A stretch of DNA of 64,000 bases from Escherichia coli (GTDB lineage Bacteria > Pseudomonadota > Gammaproteobacteria > Enterobacterales > Enterobacteriaceae), in NCBI RefSeq assembly GCF_048403405.1, contig NZ_CP183129.1; one strand, 5' to 3'. Each line of letters starts with the position of its first letter. Positions within the stretch are counted from its first letter, which is position 1. Of the stretch, positions 18,825 through 26,931 are shown one piece after another. Under the pieces are notes generated by a model. The model was not told the DNA's origin. It made no database searches and saw only the letters and a program-made list of their open reading frames with translations. The position numbers were made by a program, and so were the translations under genes.

Positions 18825-19490
18825 TCAAATAAAACCAGCTGCCTTCCGGCGTTCGTATTCCTGTTTCAGCCGTTCAATTGGCGTTGGCCCTTGCGGGTGT
18901 TTCGCCCCTTCCAGTTGTCGTCGCACTGGCGGAACACTCATCCCGTTACCAACATGCTTTGCCCATTTCGTCAGTTGCCGTTCTGCAAGTCGTTTTAACT
19001 CACCCTGCGTCATCTGGCGCTCAATCCCTCTGGTACGCATTTCGAGGCAGATGTGGTACAGCACAGGCTGAGGCCACGGATATTTGTCGCTTCCGTCATA
19101 TCGCCAGGACTCATCACGCCAGCGGCGGTACTCCTCCATCACAGCATCCACCGTCAGGCCAAATGGATTGGCCCCGCTTTCTGAAATCAGCGCCACAAAC
19201 TCAGCCAGGTCCGGAGGCCATGTTTCACCCGCCCGGCAGCGGTCCATGCACTGGCGGCAGACCTGTCGGATTTGCTGCTCAGTCATCGCGCCAATCTGTG
19301 CAATCCAGAGCTTCGAAGGTGCGGCCCCGTTCTTCTGGGTCCAGCGGTTCGAATAAACCTCCCCCATGAGTTCCCACAGCTTCCAGACCGTTTCCGTCGC
19401 TGATAAATCCGTTTTCACGTTCCCACTGCTCACGTGCTGCCCGAATTTCCTGAACTGCCCGTGATGCGGTGCCACCTGGTGCTGCTGCAT
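18825..19490 (-). CDS. Replication protein P-like (helicase loader); start uncertain
   Basis: …WPPDLAEFVAL…KYPWPQP… resembles lambda P; ORF overlaps 3' end of O by about 210 nt; internal starts at 19370 or 19286 possible. Confidence 0.65.
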   Translation of the reverse strand: MQQHQVAPHHGQFRKFGQHVSSGNVKTDLSATETVWKLWELMGEVYSNRWTQKNGAAPSKLWIAQIGAMTEQQIRQVCRQCMDRCRAGETWPPDLAEFVALISESGANPFGLTVDAVMEEYRRWRDESWRYDGSDKYPWPQPVLYHICLEMRTRGIERQMTQGELKRLAERQLTKWAKHVGNGMSVPPVRRQLEGAKHPQGPTPIERLKQEYERRKAAGFI

Positions 19491-20319
19491 GGTTTACCCC
19501 CTTGCTGACTGGTTTAACCTGCGCCCTGACGTGATTTACGTGACGGGCGAATTTCTGCTCCCACTGAATCTGCGTAAACACTTTCCCCTCCGCTGCCCAG
19601 TAGTCCCGGAAGGCGGCAAGTTCAGCAGGTGTAAATTCTGTCTCCGGCAAAGCCATCCCCCACAACGCAGCCCGTCGTCGAAAATCCCGTGACGGATACC
19701 AGCTATCGGTCATCGGAAATTTTCCGATGGGTTCGCTCAGGCCATCCAGGAATACAAGGGGTGCTGCCTGTAACGACAAAACTTCCTGCTCACTGGTCGG
19801 AGCACTCTCGCGTGCGTTATGTGTGGGGTTTAGATCTTTGGGTTCCTTTGGGTTCCGTGATCCGTTTTTGGGTGTCTTTGATGGAAAATTTGGGTGTCTT
19901 TGGTTATTTTCCATGCAGCTAAGAGTTCCGTTTTTGGGTCTGTTTTGTGCTGAAACATAACCATTTTCGGTACTGTTTTTATTAACAGCACCAATTTTAC
20001 CCACCTTTAAAGACTCCCGTTTTTGGGTGTATTCAGGCTCGGCAACACTTTCTTCTACACCGATAAGTCGGTACACCACAATTTGCTTTGTTCTGCCTTT
20101 TCTCTCACCGGTATCAACAATTAACCCAATCTCCATCAGGTGTCGTAAGCTGTCCTGCACAGTCTTTTTGTTCAGTTCCGTTACTTCTGCCAGTGCAGAT
20201 ACAGACGGGTATGCACACAAATCGGCACCGCACATATCAGCAAGCCAGGTCAATACAGACTTACTGGATGAACTGCCGGTTTTCACCTTTTTAGCCCATC
20301 GTAGTGCATCGATACTCAT
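19279..20319 (-). CDS. Replication initiator O-like protein with N-terminal HTH domain
   Basis: ATG 20319 with AGGGGT upstream (MSIDALRWAKK…); iteron repeats inside the gene. Confidence 0.75.
   Translation of the reverse strand: MSIDALRWAKKVKTGSSSSKSVLTWLADMCGADLCAYPSVSALAEVTELNKKTVQDSLRHLMEIGLIVDTGERKGRTKQIVVYRLIGVEESVAEPEYTQKRESLKVGKIGAVNKNSTENGYVSAQNRPKNGTLSCMENNQRHPNFPSKTPKNGSRNPKEPKDLNPTHNARESAPTSEQEVLSLQAAPLVFLDGLSEPIGKFPMTDSWYPSRDFRRRAALWGMALPETEFTPAELAAFRDYWAAEGKVFTQIQWEQKFARHVNHVRAQVKPVSKGVNHAAAPGGTASRAVQEIRAAREQWERENGFISDGNGLEAVGTHGGGLFEPLDPEERGRTFEALDCTDWRDD
19835..20035. repeat. Putative replication origin iterons inside O gene
   Basis: Repeated CCGTTTTTGGGTGT-like units at 19861..19876, 19926..19942, 20016..20032 plus TTTGGGTTCC/TTTGGGTGTC partial copies; adjacent A/T-rich stretch. 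Confidence 0.6.
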
Positions 20320-20842
20320 ACAAACCCCTGGCAGACATTTGTTTATCTGCAAAGTAATATTGATATTGCTGACGATACGCATGCTTGAAAGCAATAGCTT
20401 TTTCTATAAGCTCGTCAGTCTCACGTTCCACAACAGCTGGATCCGCAAAAAGCAGCCCGGACTCCACCACATCGCCATATTCTTTGTTTAATCCGGCGAT
20501 CATGTACGTAATGCTTTTTCCATCACTGATCTCACGATACAACCTGAAATCACTAATTCGGATAGCCTCCATAATTGCCGGAATCAGCGCCGTGAATTTT
20601 TTCCGCTTATCCCTGGTGTCGATAGCTTTCCAGCGTTCGAATATCTTCACCCGGTTAACGCCCAGCGCCCGTTGATCAACCTCGCCATCATTAAACGTGA
20701 CGCGTTGAACATCGATGTTCGGGCGTTCTTTCAGAGCCCAGAATGCTTCCGTGATTAATATCGTCGCTTGCTCCTGTGTCATTCCTGGTCGACATACCCA
20801 GGCATCCAGAGCCTCACAAACCTGTTCAGGGGTGATTTTCAT
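20291..20842 (-). CDS. Early regulatory protein, possibly YdaT-like
   Basis: 183 aa directly downstream of cro-like gene; …KRKKFTALIPAIMEAIR… resembles what I recall of YdaT; low certainty. Confidence 0.5.
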   Translation of the reverse strand: MKITPEQVCEALDAWVCRPGMTQEQATILITEAFWALKERPNIDVQRVTFNDGEVDQRALGVNRVKIFERWKAIDTRDKRKKFTALIPAIMEAIRISDFRLYREISDGKSITYMIAGLNKEYGDVVESGLLFADPAVVERETDELIEKAIAFKHAYRQQYQYYFADKQMSARGLYEYRCTTMG

Positions 20843-21053
20843 TGTTCAACCGCCCCGCCCGCTTTGCCTTACGATATTCGTCATAAACTTTGGGGTCGTA
20901 CTGAAGTTCCCCGCCGGATGCCTCCTGTAGACGCATCGCGCGACCTTCAGGAACCAGTTTCCCCCATGCAGCAACGCTTGCCAGCCTAACTCCTGCGGCA
21001 TTGGCAAGCTTTGTTTTGCTGCCAAAAAACGCTATAGCATCAATTTTCAACAT
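20826..21053 (-). CDS. Cro-like repressor (DicC/YdaS type)
   Basis: 75 aa MLKIDAIAFFGSKTKLANAAGV…; divergent from DicA-like repressor. Confidence 0.75.
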   Translation of the reverse strand: MLKIDAIAFFGSKTKLANAAGVRLASVAAWGKLVPEGRAMRLQEASGGELQYDPKVYDEYRKAKRAGRLNNENHP

Positions 21054-21129
21054 ATCGAACTCCTTAGATTTTCCTAAGGAAACTAGATCGTAGAGAAACC
21101 TAAGTCAAGAAAAATTAGAATTACCTAAT
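21054..21129. promoter_or_regulatory. Divergent immunity promoter/operator region
   Basis: 20-bp element TCCTTAG-ATTTTC-CTAAGGA at 21061..21080 (7-bp inverted repeats) plus further CCTAAG half-site. Confidence 0.6.
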
Positions 21130-21537
21130 ATGAAAAACGAAACCTTCGGTGCTCGCCTCTTATACAGGCGTAAAAAATTAAAACTGTCTCAGGCCGCATT
21201 AGGTAAGCTGGTCAAAGTGGCTCACGTAACAATTTCTCAATGGGAAAGAGATGAAACACAGCCAGCGGGGAAGAGATTATTCGCACTGAGCCAGGCGCTT
21301 CAGTGCTCGCCGACTTGGCTTCTTTTTGGAGATGAAGATAAGCAACCAGGCGAACCGATCCCAGATAATCAGCCAGTTAATCTGACAGAAGATCAAAAAG
21401 AGTTGCTTCAACTGTTCGACGCACTGCCTGAGTCAGAGCAAAAGGCTCTGTTGTCAGAGATGCGTGCTCGAGTTGAGAATTTCAACAAACTTTTTGAAGA
21501 ACTACTCAAAGCTCGCAAAAGAAGCGCAAATAAATAA
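21130..21537 (+). CDS. DicA-like XRE-family repressor (cI analogue)
   Basis: 135 aa; HTH KLSQAALGKLVKVAHVTISQWERDET. Confidence 0.8.
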   Translation: MKNETFGARLLYRRKKLKLSQAALGKLVKVAHVTISQWERDETQPAGKRLFALSQALQCSPTWLLFGDEDKQPGEPIPDNQPVNLTEDQKELLQLFDALPESEQKALLSEMRARVENFNKLFEELLKARKRSANK

Positions 21538-21573
21538 CCCTCCCTTTTTTTTCGCCACTCTCTGTAATAAAAA

Positions 21574-21602
21574 GCACAAACTTTCAAATGCTTGTGTTTT
21601 TT
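21574..21602 (+). terminator. Hairpin plus T-run after repressor gene
   Basis: GCACAA…TTGTGT stem (long loop) followed by TTTTTT. Confidence 0.4.
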
Positions 21603-21637
21603 ACATCAAAAAACTTAGGTTTTTCTACACAAAAAGC

Positions 21638-21667
21638 TTGACCATAATTCTTAGGTTATTCTAAATT
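21638..21667 (+). promoter_or_regulatory. pL-like early promoter with operator half-sites
   Basis: TTGACC-17nt-CTAAAT; CTTAGG at 21613..21618 and 21650..21655 matching operator half-sites of the divergent region. Confidence 0.5.
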
Positions 21668-21743
21668 CTACTCATCAAGACACCGCACGGTGTTCTCAGC
21701 AAACAGTTCCGCTACCCTGGCGTTAAGGGGAAATGAGGTCAGC

Positions 21744-21896
21744 ATGGATACTATCGATCTTGGCAACAACGAATCTCTGGTATGCGGCGTGTTTCCCAAC
21801 CAGGACGGCACGTTTACCGCGATGACGTATACCAGAAGCAAAACGTTTCAAACTGAAGCTGGCGCGCGTCGCTGGTTAACCAGAAACACTGACTGA
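21744..21896 (+). CDS. YdfA-like small protein (DUF1391-like, 50 aa)
   Basis: ATG 21744 after GAGGT; MDTIDLGNNESLVCGVFPNQDGTFTAMTYT…; first gene after DicA-like repressor as in Qin. Confidence 0.65.
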   Translation: MDTIDLGNNESLVCGVFPNQDGTFTAMTYTRSKTFQTEAGARRWLTRNTD

Positions 21897-21907
21897 TGAG
21901 GTTGACG

Positions 21908-22282
21908 ATGGAATTTAAAGATTTACCAGTACCATTCCAGGAAATGGCATCGAATGTGGTTCGCTCTCAACTGGCGACTCTTGACCTGAGTACCGTAGAA
22001 AAAGAAACCATCGATACTATATCCGGTAACGTGCGTCGTGCCTTTATCGGTCTGTACGAAGAGAAGCAGCTCTCTGATAACCAGGATTTACATGAAAAAT
22101 ACTTCCTGGAATTAATGGACATCATTAATAAAGGATTTGGCTTGTTAATGAAAAAGAAAGGGATTCGAATAGCTCCCCTTGAAAATCATTTTACAGCGAG
22201 CAGTATTAATTCCTGTGATTTAAAGCATCACACATCCGATGGGAAAGTTGAATCAAACAACAAAATATCAATTAATCATTAA
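21908..22282 (+). CDS. Hypothetical protein (124 aa)
   Basis: ATG 21908 after GAGG, 11 nt past ydfA-like stop. Confidence 0.5.
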   Translation: MEFKDLPVPFQEMASNVVRSQLATLDLSTVEKETIDTISGNVRRAFIGLYEEKQLSDNQDLHEKYFLELMDIINKGFGLLMKKKGIRIAPLENHFTASSINSCDLKHHTSDGKVESNNKISINH

Positions 22283-22581
22283 TTTATTCACAGGTGAGGT
22301 AGAGTGCGTGCGCCGGACACGGATAAGAATCCGGCACTGACAGTTTACTAAAAAGGATATATCCCTGAAAAGTCAGGGCATAACACGAAAGCGCCCGGCG
22401 AAGTTAGTCTCTCTGTATAGGTCGTCGTTAAATTTAATTCGATCGTGCGCTTCCGGTTGTGGCAATCCGCGAAATGGCGCGGCGGTAAGTATGGCTGGGG
22501 TTTCCTCCATTGCTCCAGAAAATGCACCGGGTTGTCAGGTTGACCATACGCTTAAGTGACAGCCCCGCCACAATACCCATG

Positions 22582-22633
22582 TGTAGTCTTTGGTGGCATC
22601 AGTTCTACTCCGTGACTGCTCTGCCACCCTTTT
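22582..22633 (+). ncRNA. dicF: DicF-like small RNA
   Basis: GGTGGCATCAGTTCTACTCCGTGACTGCTCTGCCACCC + TTTTT closely matches the K-12 DicF sequence as I recall it, with compensating stem changes; sits between ydfA-like genes and dicB. Confidence 0.75.
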
Positions 22634-23109
22634 TAAAGTGAATTTTGTGATGCGGTGAATGCGGCTAAGCGCACGCGGAACAGTTAAAACCAAAAACAGT
22701 GTTATGGGTGGATTCTCTGTATCCGGCGTTAATTGTTAACTGGTTAACGTCACCTGGAGGCACCAGGCACCGCATCAACAAAGTTCACTTCGGTGATGAA
22801 AGGTAAGAGAAAATGTTGAATGTAGCTATTGAAAACCAGAACGGGTGGAATTATAGTGCACCTGCACCTCATAAAACGGGTGCCGGGCGTGGAAACCCGG
22901 AATTCAATCAAGCGCATAACCGCGCTCAGGCGGTTTTTTTATGCGTCAAGCACAGCCACATTCAGATTATGGTGGGGCGTGCAGGGCAGCTGCAAGGCTG
23001 GCCGGATTCTTGGTTGACCGGTATTTCCACCCCTGTACGCCTCACCACCCTTATGGTCGTGGAAAACCTTGGTGGTGAGTTATTAATACTCAACCAAGAG
23101 GCTGCCATT

Positions 23110-23667
23110 ATGGCTACTATCCCTACCCTTTCTCACCCTGACGTAACCATCGAAAATGGTCGCGCTGTCACTACGTCTGTTGCGGTTGCAGAGTTCTTCC
23201 GCAAAATGCACAAGGACGTTCTGCGCAAAATTGAAACGCTAGAATGCTCTGAAGATTTTAACGAGCGCAATTTTACGCCCGTTACCTACACCGACGCCAA
23301 AGGCGAAAAACGCCCCATGTACCAAATCACCAAAAACGGCTTCGTTTTCCTGGTGATGGGGTTCACAGGTAAAAAAGCCGCAACTTTCAAAGAAGCCTAC
23401 ATCGCTGAGTTCGATCGCATGGAGGAAGAACTGCGCCAGAATAACGCCCCGTCTCCCGACAAAATGATTCACGGGGACGGACGCACCCTGGTTATCCGTC
23501 TCGACGAACACGGCAATATCAAATTCACTGAAACCGTTCCTGACGGCGCAATGGTCTGCACCCTGGATACCTTCCGGTTTTATCTGGAGAAACAAGGATG
23601 GACTCTTGTAAACCGGAGCGCAATTAAAAATATGACTGTGGAGCAATTGCTAAAAATTCATTGTTGA
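23110..23667 (+). CDS. Rha-family phage regulatory protein
   Basis: ATG 23110 after AAGAGG; …ENGRAVTTSVAVAEFFRKMHKDVLRKIETL… Rha domain; ORF track extends in frame to 22813 but that part contains a terminator-like hairpin. Confidence 0.8.
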   Translation: MATIPTLSHPDVTIENGRAVTTSVAVAEFFRKMHKDVLRKIETLECSEDFNERNFTPVTYTDAKGEKRPMYQITKNGFVFLVMGFTGKKAATFKEAYIAEFDRMEEELRQNNAPSPDKMIHGDGRTLVIRLDEHGNIKFTETVPDGAMVCTLDTFRFYLEKQGWTLVNRSAIKNMTVEQLLKIHC

Positions 23668-23677
23668 GGACGCGATA

Positions 23678-23866
23678 ATGGAAACGTCACTACCAAACGT
23701 TAATACGTCTGACGGGTGCTTTAATATTGGTGTTCTGCTCAGTAACAGGGATTTCACCGAGGATGCAATCAATATGAGAAAATATGAACCCTACCTGCTG
23801 AATGACAATTCCATACTCTCCAGAATTGCCCTTCTTAAACTCGGTATTTTCGGAGAGTGGCGATGA
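23678..23866 (+). CDS. dicB: Cell-division inhibitor DicB
   Basis: 62 aa METSLPNVNTSDGCFNIGVLLSN…, same length and strong similarity to K-12 DicB. Confidence 0.85.
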   Translation: METSLPNVNTSDGCFNIGVLLSNRDFTEDAINMRKYEPYLLNDNSILSRIALLKLGIFGEWR

Positions 23867-24066
23867 ACACATTATTCGTACTCATTCTGACTGTACATCT
23901 CAATACTGGTGAGTCGCTTGATGCAATCACCGGCATGTACAACTCAATGAAAGAATGCATGGCTGCCGCAGCGGAACAGAAAATTCCCGGCAACTGTTAT
24001 CCGGTCGATAAAGTTATTCACATGGACAATAACGAAATCCCGGCGGGGCTTAAAACAGCACCGTAA
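23857..24066 (+). CDS. YdfD-like small protein
   Basis: …NTLFVLILTVHLNTGE…AAAAEQKIPGNCYPVDKVIH…; directly after dicB as ydfD in Qin. Confidence 0.7.
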   Translation: MAMNTLFVLILTVHLNTGESLDAITGMYNSMKECMAAAAEQKIPGNCYPVDKVIHMDNNEIPAGLKTAP

Positions 24067-24143
24067 TTAATATCCGGTTTCATTTTTATATGCCAGCAAT
24101 GGCAGGGATTTGTTCACCCTTAAATCTGTAATGAGGTTTATCA

Positions 24144-26600
24144 ATGAGCACTGATAAAGAAGAAATTGCACTATATTACGAAGCCAAAAATGACAAAATC
24201 AGAAAACGTCTTGGAATTAAAGGCGGTTTTTACTGGCGCACAGCAAAAAAATTATCGGTTGCAATATCACGCGGTGTTGTCGCAATGGACGATGCCGGAT
24301 TTGACAAAGAGGATTTTAAAAAACCTGTTCGCGTCCATTTACCCGTTGTGAATGACCTTCCTCCGGAAGGCGTGTTTGATACCGAATTCTGCAACCGATA
24401 CGAAAAGGGCGGTGAAGATGGTATCACAATGGTACTTATCGCGCCCTCGCCCTCTGTTCAGGATAAACCAGCCAGCACTGACAATACCAACGTCAACGGC
24501 GAAGACATGGCTGAGATTGAGGAGAACATGCTCCTGCCGGTTTCAGGTCAGATTCTGCCTGTTCGATGGCTGGCACAGCACGGCAGCGAAAAACCGATCA
24601 CACACGTTTCGCGGGACGAACTGCGCACATTACATAACGCACAGGATGAAAAACTTCCCGCCGTTACCGCGCTGGCCATCTCAAATAAAGCAGCGCAACT
24701 CGAACCGCTGGAAATTCGCGATCTCCACAAACTGGTTCGTGACACGGACAAAGTTTTCCCTAATCCTGGTAATTCAGACCTGGGACTGATGACTGCTTTT
24801 TTCGAAGCATACCTGGGCGCTGACTACACCGATCGCGGTCTGCTGACAAAAGAGTGGATGAAAGGAAATCGTGTTTCACGCATCACCCGCACGGCTTCCG
24901 GTGCTAATGCCGGTGGAGGGAACAAAACCGATCGCAATCCGAATTTAGTACACACCTTCGATACGCTGGATGTGGAGATTGCAGCGGCCACACTTCCGAT
25001 GGATTTTAATATTTATGAAATTCCGGGCAGCGTTTATCGTCGCGCAAAAGAAGTCGTCCGGAAGAAAGAAAGTCCGTTCAAAGAATGGTCCGCAGCACTT
25101 CGCGCAATCCCGGGTATCCTGGATTATTCCCGCGCCGCTATTTTTGCACTTATCCGAAGCGCACACCCTGAATTTTATCACTACCCGGGACGCCTTCAGG
25201 GGTATATCAACGCCTATTTGACGGAAACTGATCACGAGAACCCTACCGAGGAAACTCTCGCTGCTGCACGACATACACCGGAAAAAGATATCCTGGAAGA
25301 AGTTAACCGCGAACTGGCTGCTGAACGCGAAACAGAAGAAGAAAAAAATAATGAGGAAAAATCACAACCGTCTGACGCAATGGCAGATGAACAGGCAACG
25401 ACTGAAGCAATGGAGCCGAATACAACTGAACATCGCCAGGACACGCAATCGCTGGATACTCAGGCACAGATAGATCCGGTTAATCAGGTAAAAGTTACCG
25501 CTGACGAAGTAAACAAAATTATGCAGGCAGCCAATATCAGCCAGCCTGACGCCGATAAGTTGCTTGCGGCCTCTCGCGGAGAATTTGTTGCAGGGATTAG
25601 CGACCCGAATGATCCGAAATGGGTCAAGGGGATGGAAACCCGCGATTCTGTGAACCAGAACCAGCAAGAAACGGAACAGAACGGCCAGAAAGCGGAACAA
25701 AACAGCCCAAATGCGTTACAAAACGAGCCAGAAACGAAACAACCTGAACCAGTAGTGCAACAGGAACCGGAAAAGATCTGCACCGCCTGCGGTCAGACCG
25801 GCGGCGGCAACTGCCCTGATTGTGGCGCGGTGATGGGCGACGCAACATACCAGGAAACATTCAATGAAGAGAATCAGGTTGAAGTTCAGGAAAATGATCC
25901 GGAGGAAATGGAAGGCACTGAACATCCACACAAGGAGAACCCTGGCGGCAATCAGCATCACGATAGCGATAGTGAAACTGGCGAGGCGACAGATCACTCA
26001 GTTAAGGTGAACGGTCATCATAAAGGCACATCCACCAGCGGGACGTGTGACCATCTAATGATCGACCTTGAAACCATGGGAAAAAATCCAGATGCCCCGA
26101 TTATCTCAATAGGTGCAATATTTTTCGATCCGCAAACCGGAGATATGGGACCGGAATTTAGTAAGACTATCGATCTGGAAACTGCTGGCGGAGTCATTGA
26201 TCGGGACACCATTAAATGGTGGCTTAAGCAATCACGCGAAGCGCAATCTGCCATTATGACCGATGAAATCCCGTTAGATGATGCACTGTTACAATTGCGG
26301 GAATTTATCGACGAAAACTCCGGCGAATTTTTTGTTCAGGTCTGGGGAAATGGAGCCAACTTCGACAACACGATTTTGCGCCGTTCATACGAACGGCAGG
26401 GGATCCCCTGCCCGTGGCGTTACTACAACGATCGCGATGTACGCACAATCGTTGAGCTGGGGAAAGCCATAGACTTCGATGCCAGAACGGCTATTCCATT
26501 CGAAGGTGAGCGCCATAATGCACTTGATGACGCCCGTTACCAGGCAAAATACGTTTCAGTTATCTGGCAAAAACTGATCCCGAGTCAGGCTGATTTTTAA
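24144..26600 (+). CDS. Large phage exonuclease: N-terminal domain, acidic/Gln-rich linker, C4 zinc ribbon, C-terminal DEDDh 3'-5' exonuclease domain
   Basis: 818 aa; MIDLETMG (Exo I), WGNGANFDNTIL (Exo II), HNALDDARYQAKY (Exo III); CTACGQTGGGNCPDCG ribbon; same position as the 'exodeoxyribonuclease VIII' genes of lambdoid prophages. Confidence 0.8.
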   Translation: MSTDKEEIALYYEAKNDKIRKRLGIKGGFYWRTAKKLSVAISRGVVAMDDAGFDKEDFKKPVRVHLPVVNDLPPEGVFDTEFCNRYEKGGEDGITMVLIAPSPSVQDKPASTDNTNVNGEDMAEIEENMLLPVSGQILPVRWLAQHGSEKPITHVSRDELRTLHNAQDEKLPAVTALAISNKAAQLEPLEIRDLHKLVRDTDKVFPNPGNSDLGLMTAFFEAYLGADYTDRGLLTKEWMKGNRVSRITRTASGANAGGGNKTDRNPNLVHTFDTLDVEIAAATLPMDFNIYEIPGSVYRRAKEVVRKKESPFKEWSAALRAIPGILDYSRAAIFALIRSAHPEFYHYPGRLQGYINAYLTETDHENPTEETLAAARHTPEKDILEEVNRELAAERETEEEKNNEEKSQPSDAMADEQATTEAMEPNTTEHRQDTQSLDTQAQIDPVNQVKVTADEVNKIMQAANISQPDADKLLAASRGEFVAGISDPNDPKWVKGMETRDSVNQNQQETEQNGQKAEQNSPNALQNEPETKQPEPVVQQEPEKICTACGQTGGGNCPDCGAVMGDATYQETFNEENQVEVQENDPEEMEGTEHPHKENPGGNQHHDSDSETGEATDHSVKVNGHHKGTSTSGTCDHLMIDLETMGKNPDAPIISIGAIFFDPQTGDMGPEFSKTIDLETAGGVIDRDTIKWWLKQSREAQSAIMTDEIPLDDALLQLREFIDENSGEFFVQVWGNGANFDNTILRRSYERQGIPCPWRYYNDRDVRTIVELGKAIDFDARTAIPFEGERHNALDDARYQAKYVSVIWQKLIPSQADF

Positions 26601-26661
26601 TGTTCAACCGTCGCCAGTTGTCGTTGATATTCTGCAACTGGCGCGTTCCGGAGTGATAGCC

Positions 26662-26931
26662 ATGAGCGAACAGTACCTGATAACGCTCGACGAGTGGAAA
26701 CCAAAACGGTTCAGTCTCCCAATAACAAACACTACCCTGGTGAAATACGGAAAACTAGGATACATCGTTCCAAGACCACAAAAAATTCGTGGGCGTTGGC
26801 TGATAGATCGCCGAGCAGTATTTGTTGGGCCTGGTGAAACGGGAATTGCGCCGGAAATTCATACTGGCGATGATGATGCACTGAAGGAGATTTTAACTCA
26901 TGTCACCGAGGCCACGAAAAAACAGCACTGA
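26662..26931 (+). CDS. xis: Excisionase (putative)
   Basis: Small ORF immediately upstream of and overlapping int by about 30 nt; ATG 26662 chosen over GTG 26653. Confidence 0.6.
   Translation: MSEQYLITLDEWKPKRFSLPITNTTLVKYGKLGYIVPRPQKIRGRWLIDRRAVFVGPGETGIAPEIHTGDDDALKEILTHVTEATKKQH

Noticed and set aside
18825-19490. Apparent 210-nt overlap between the O-like and P-like ORFs
   Set aside because: Probably a start-site ambiguity of the P-like gene rather than a real long overlap; internal starts at 19370 or 19286 would give a normal O/P junction, but I could not decide from sequence alone
22900-23060. Possible tRNA-like element (GGTGGGGCG…GGATTCTTGGTTGACCGG…CCACCCC)
   Set aside because: Could not fold it into a cloverleaf with a canonical T-loop or acceptor stem by eye; more likely part of the rha leader structure
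22813-23109. In-frame N-terminal extension that would make Rha a 284-aa protein
   Set aside because: The extension contains a terminator-like hairpin with a T-run, the Rha domain begins exactly at the ATG at 23110 which has a strong AAGAGG site, and Rha domains are normally N-terminal; kept as a leader, though translation is not excluded
24945-25997. Several minus-strand ORFs (70 to 112 aa) inside the exonuclease gene
   Set aside because: Antisense to the low-complexity acidic linker of a strongly supported long ORF; composition artefact
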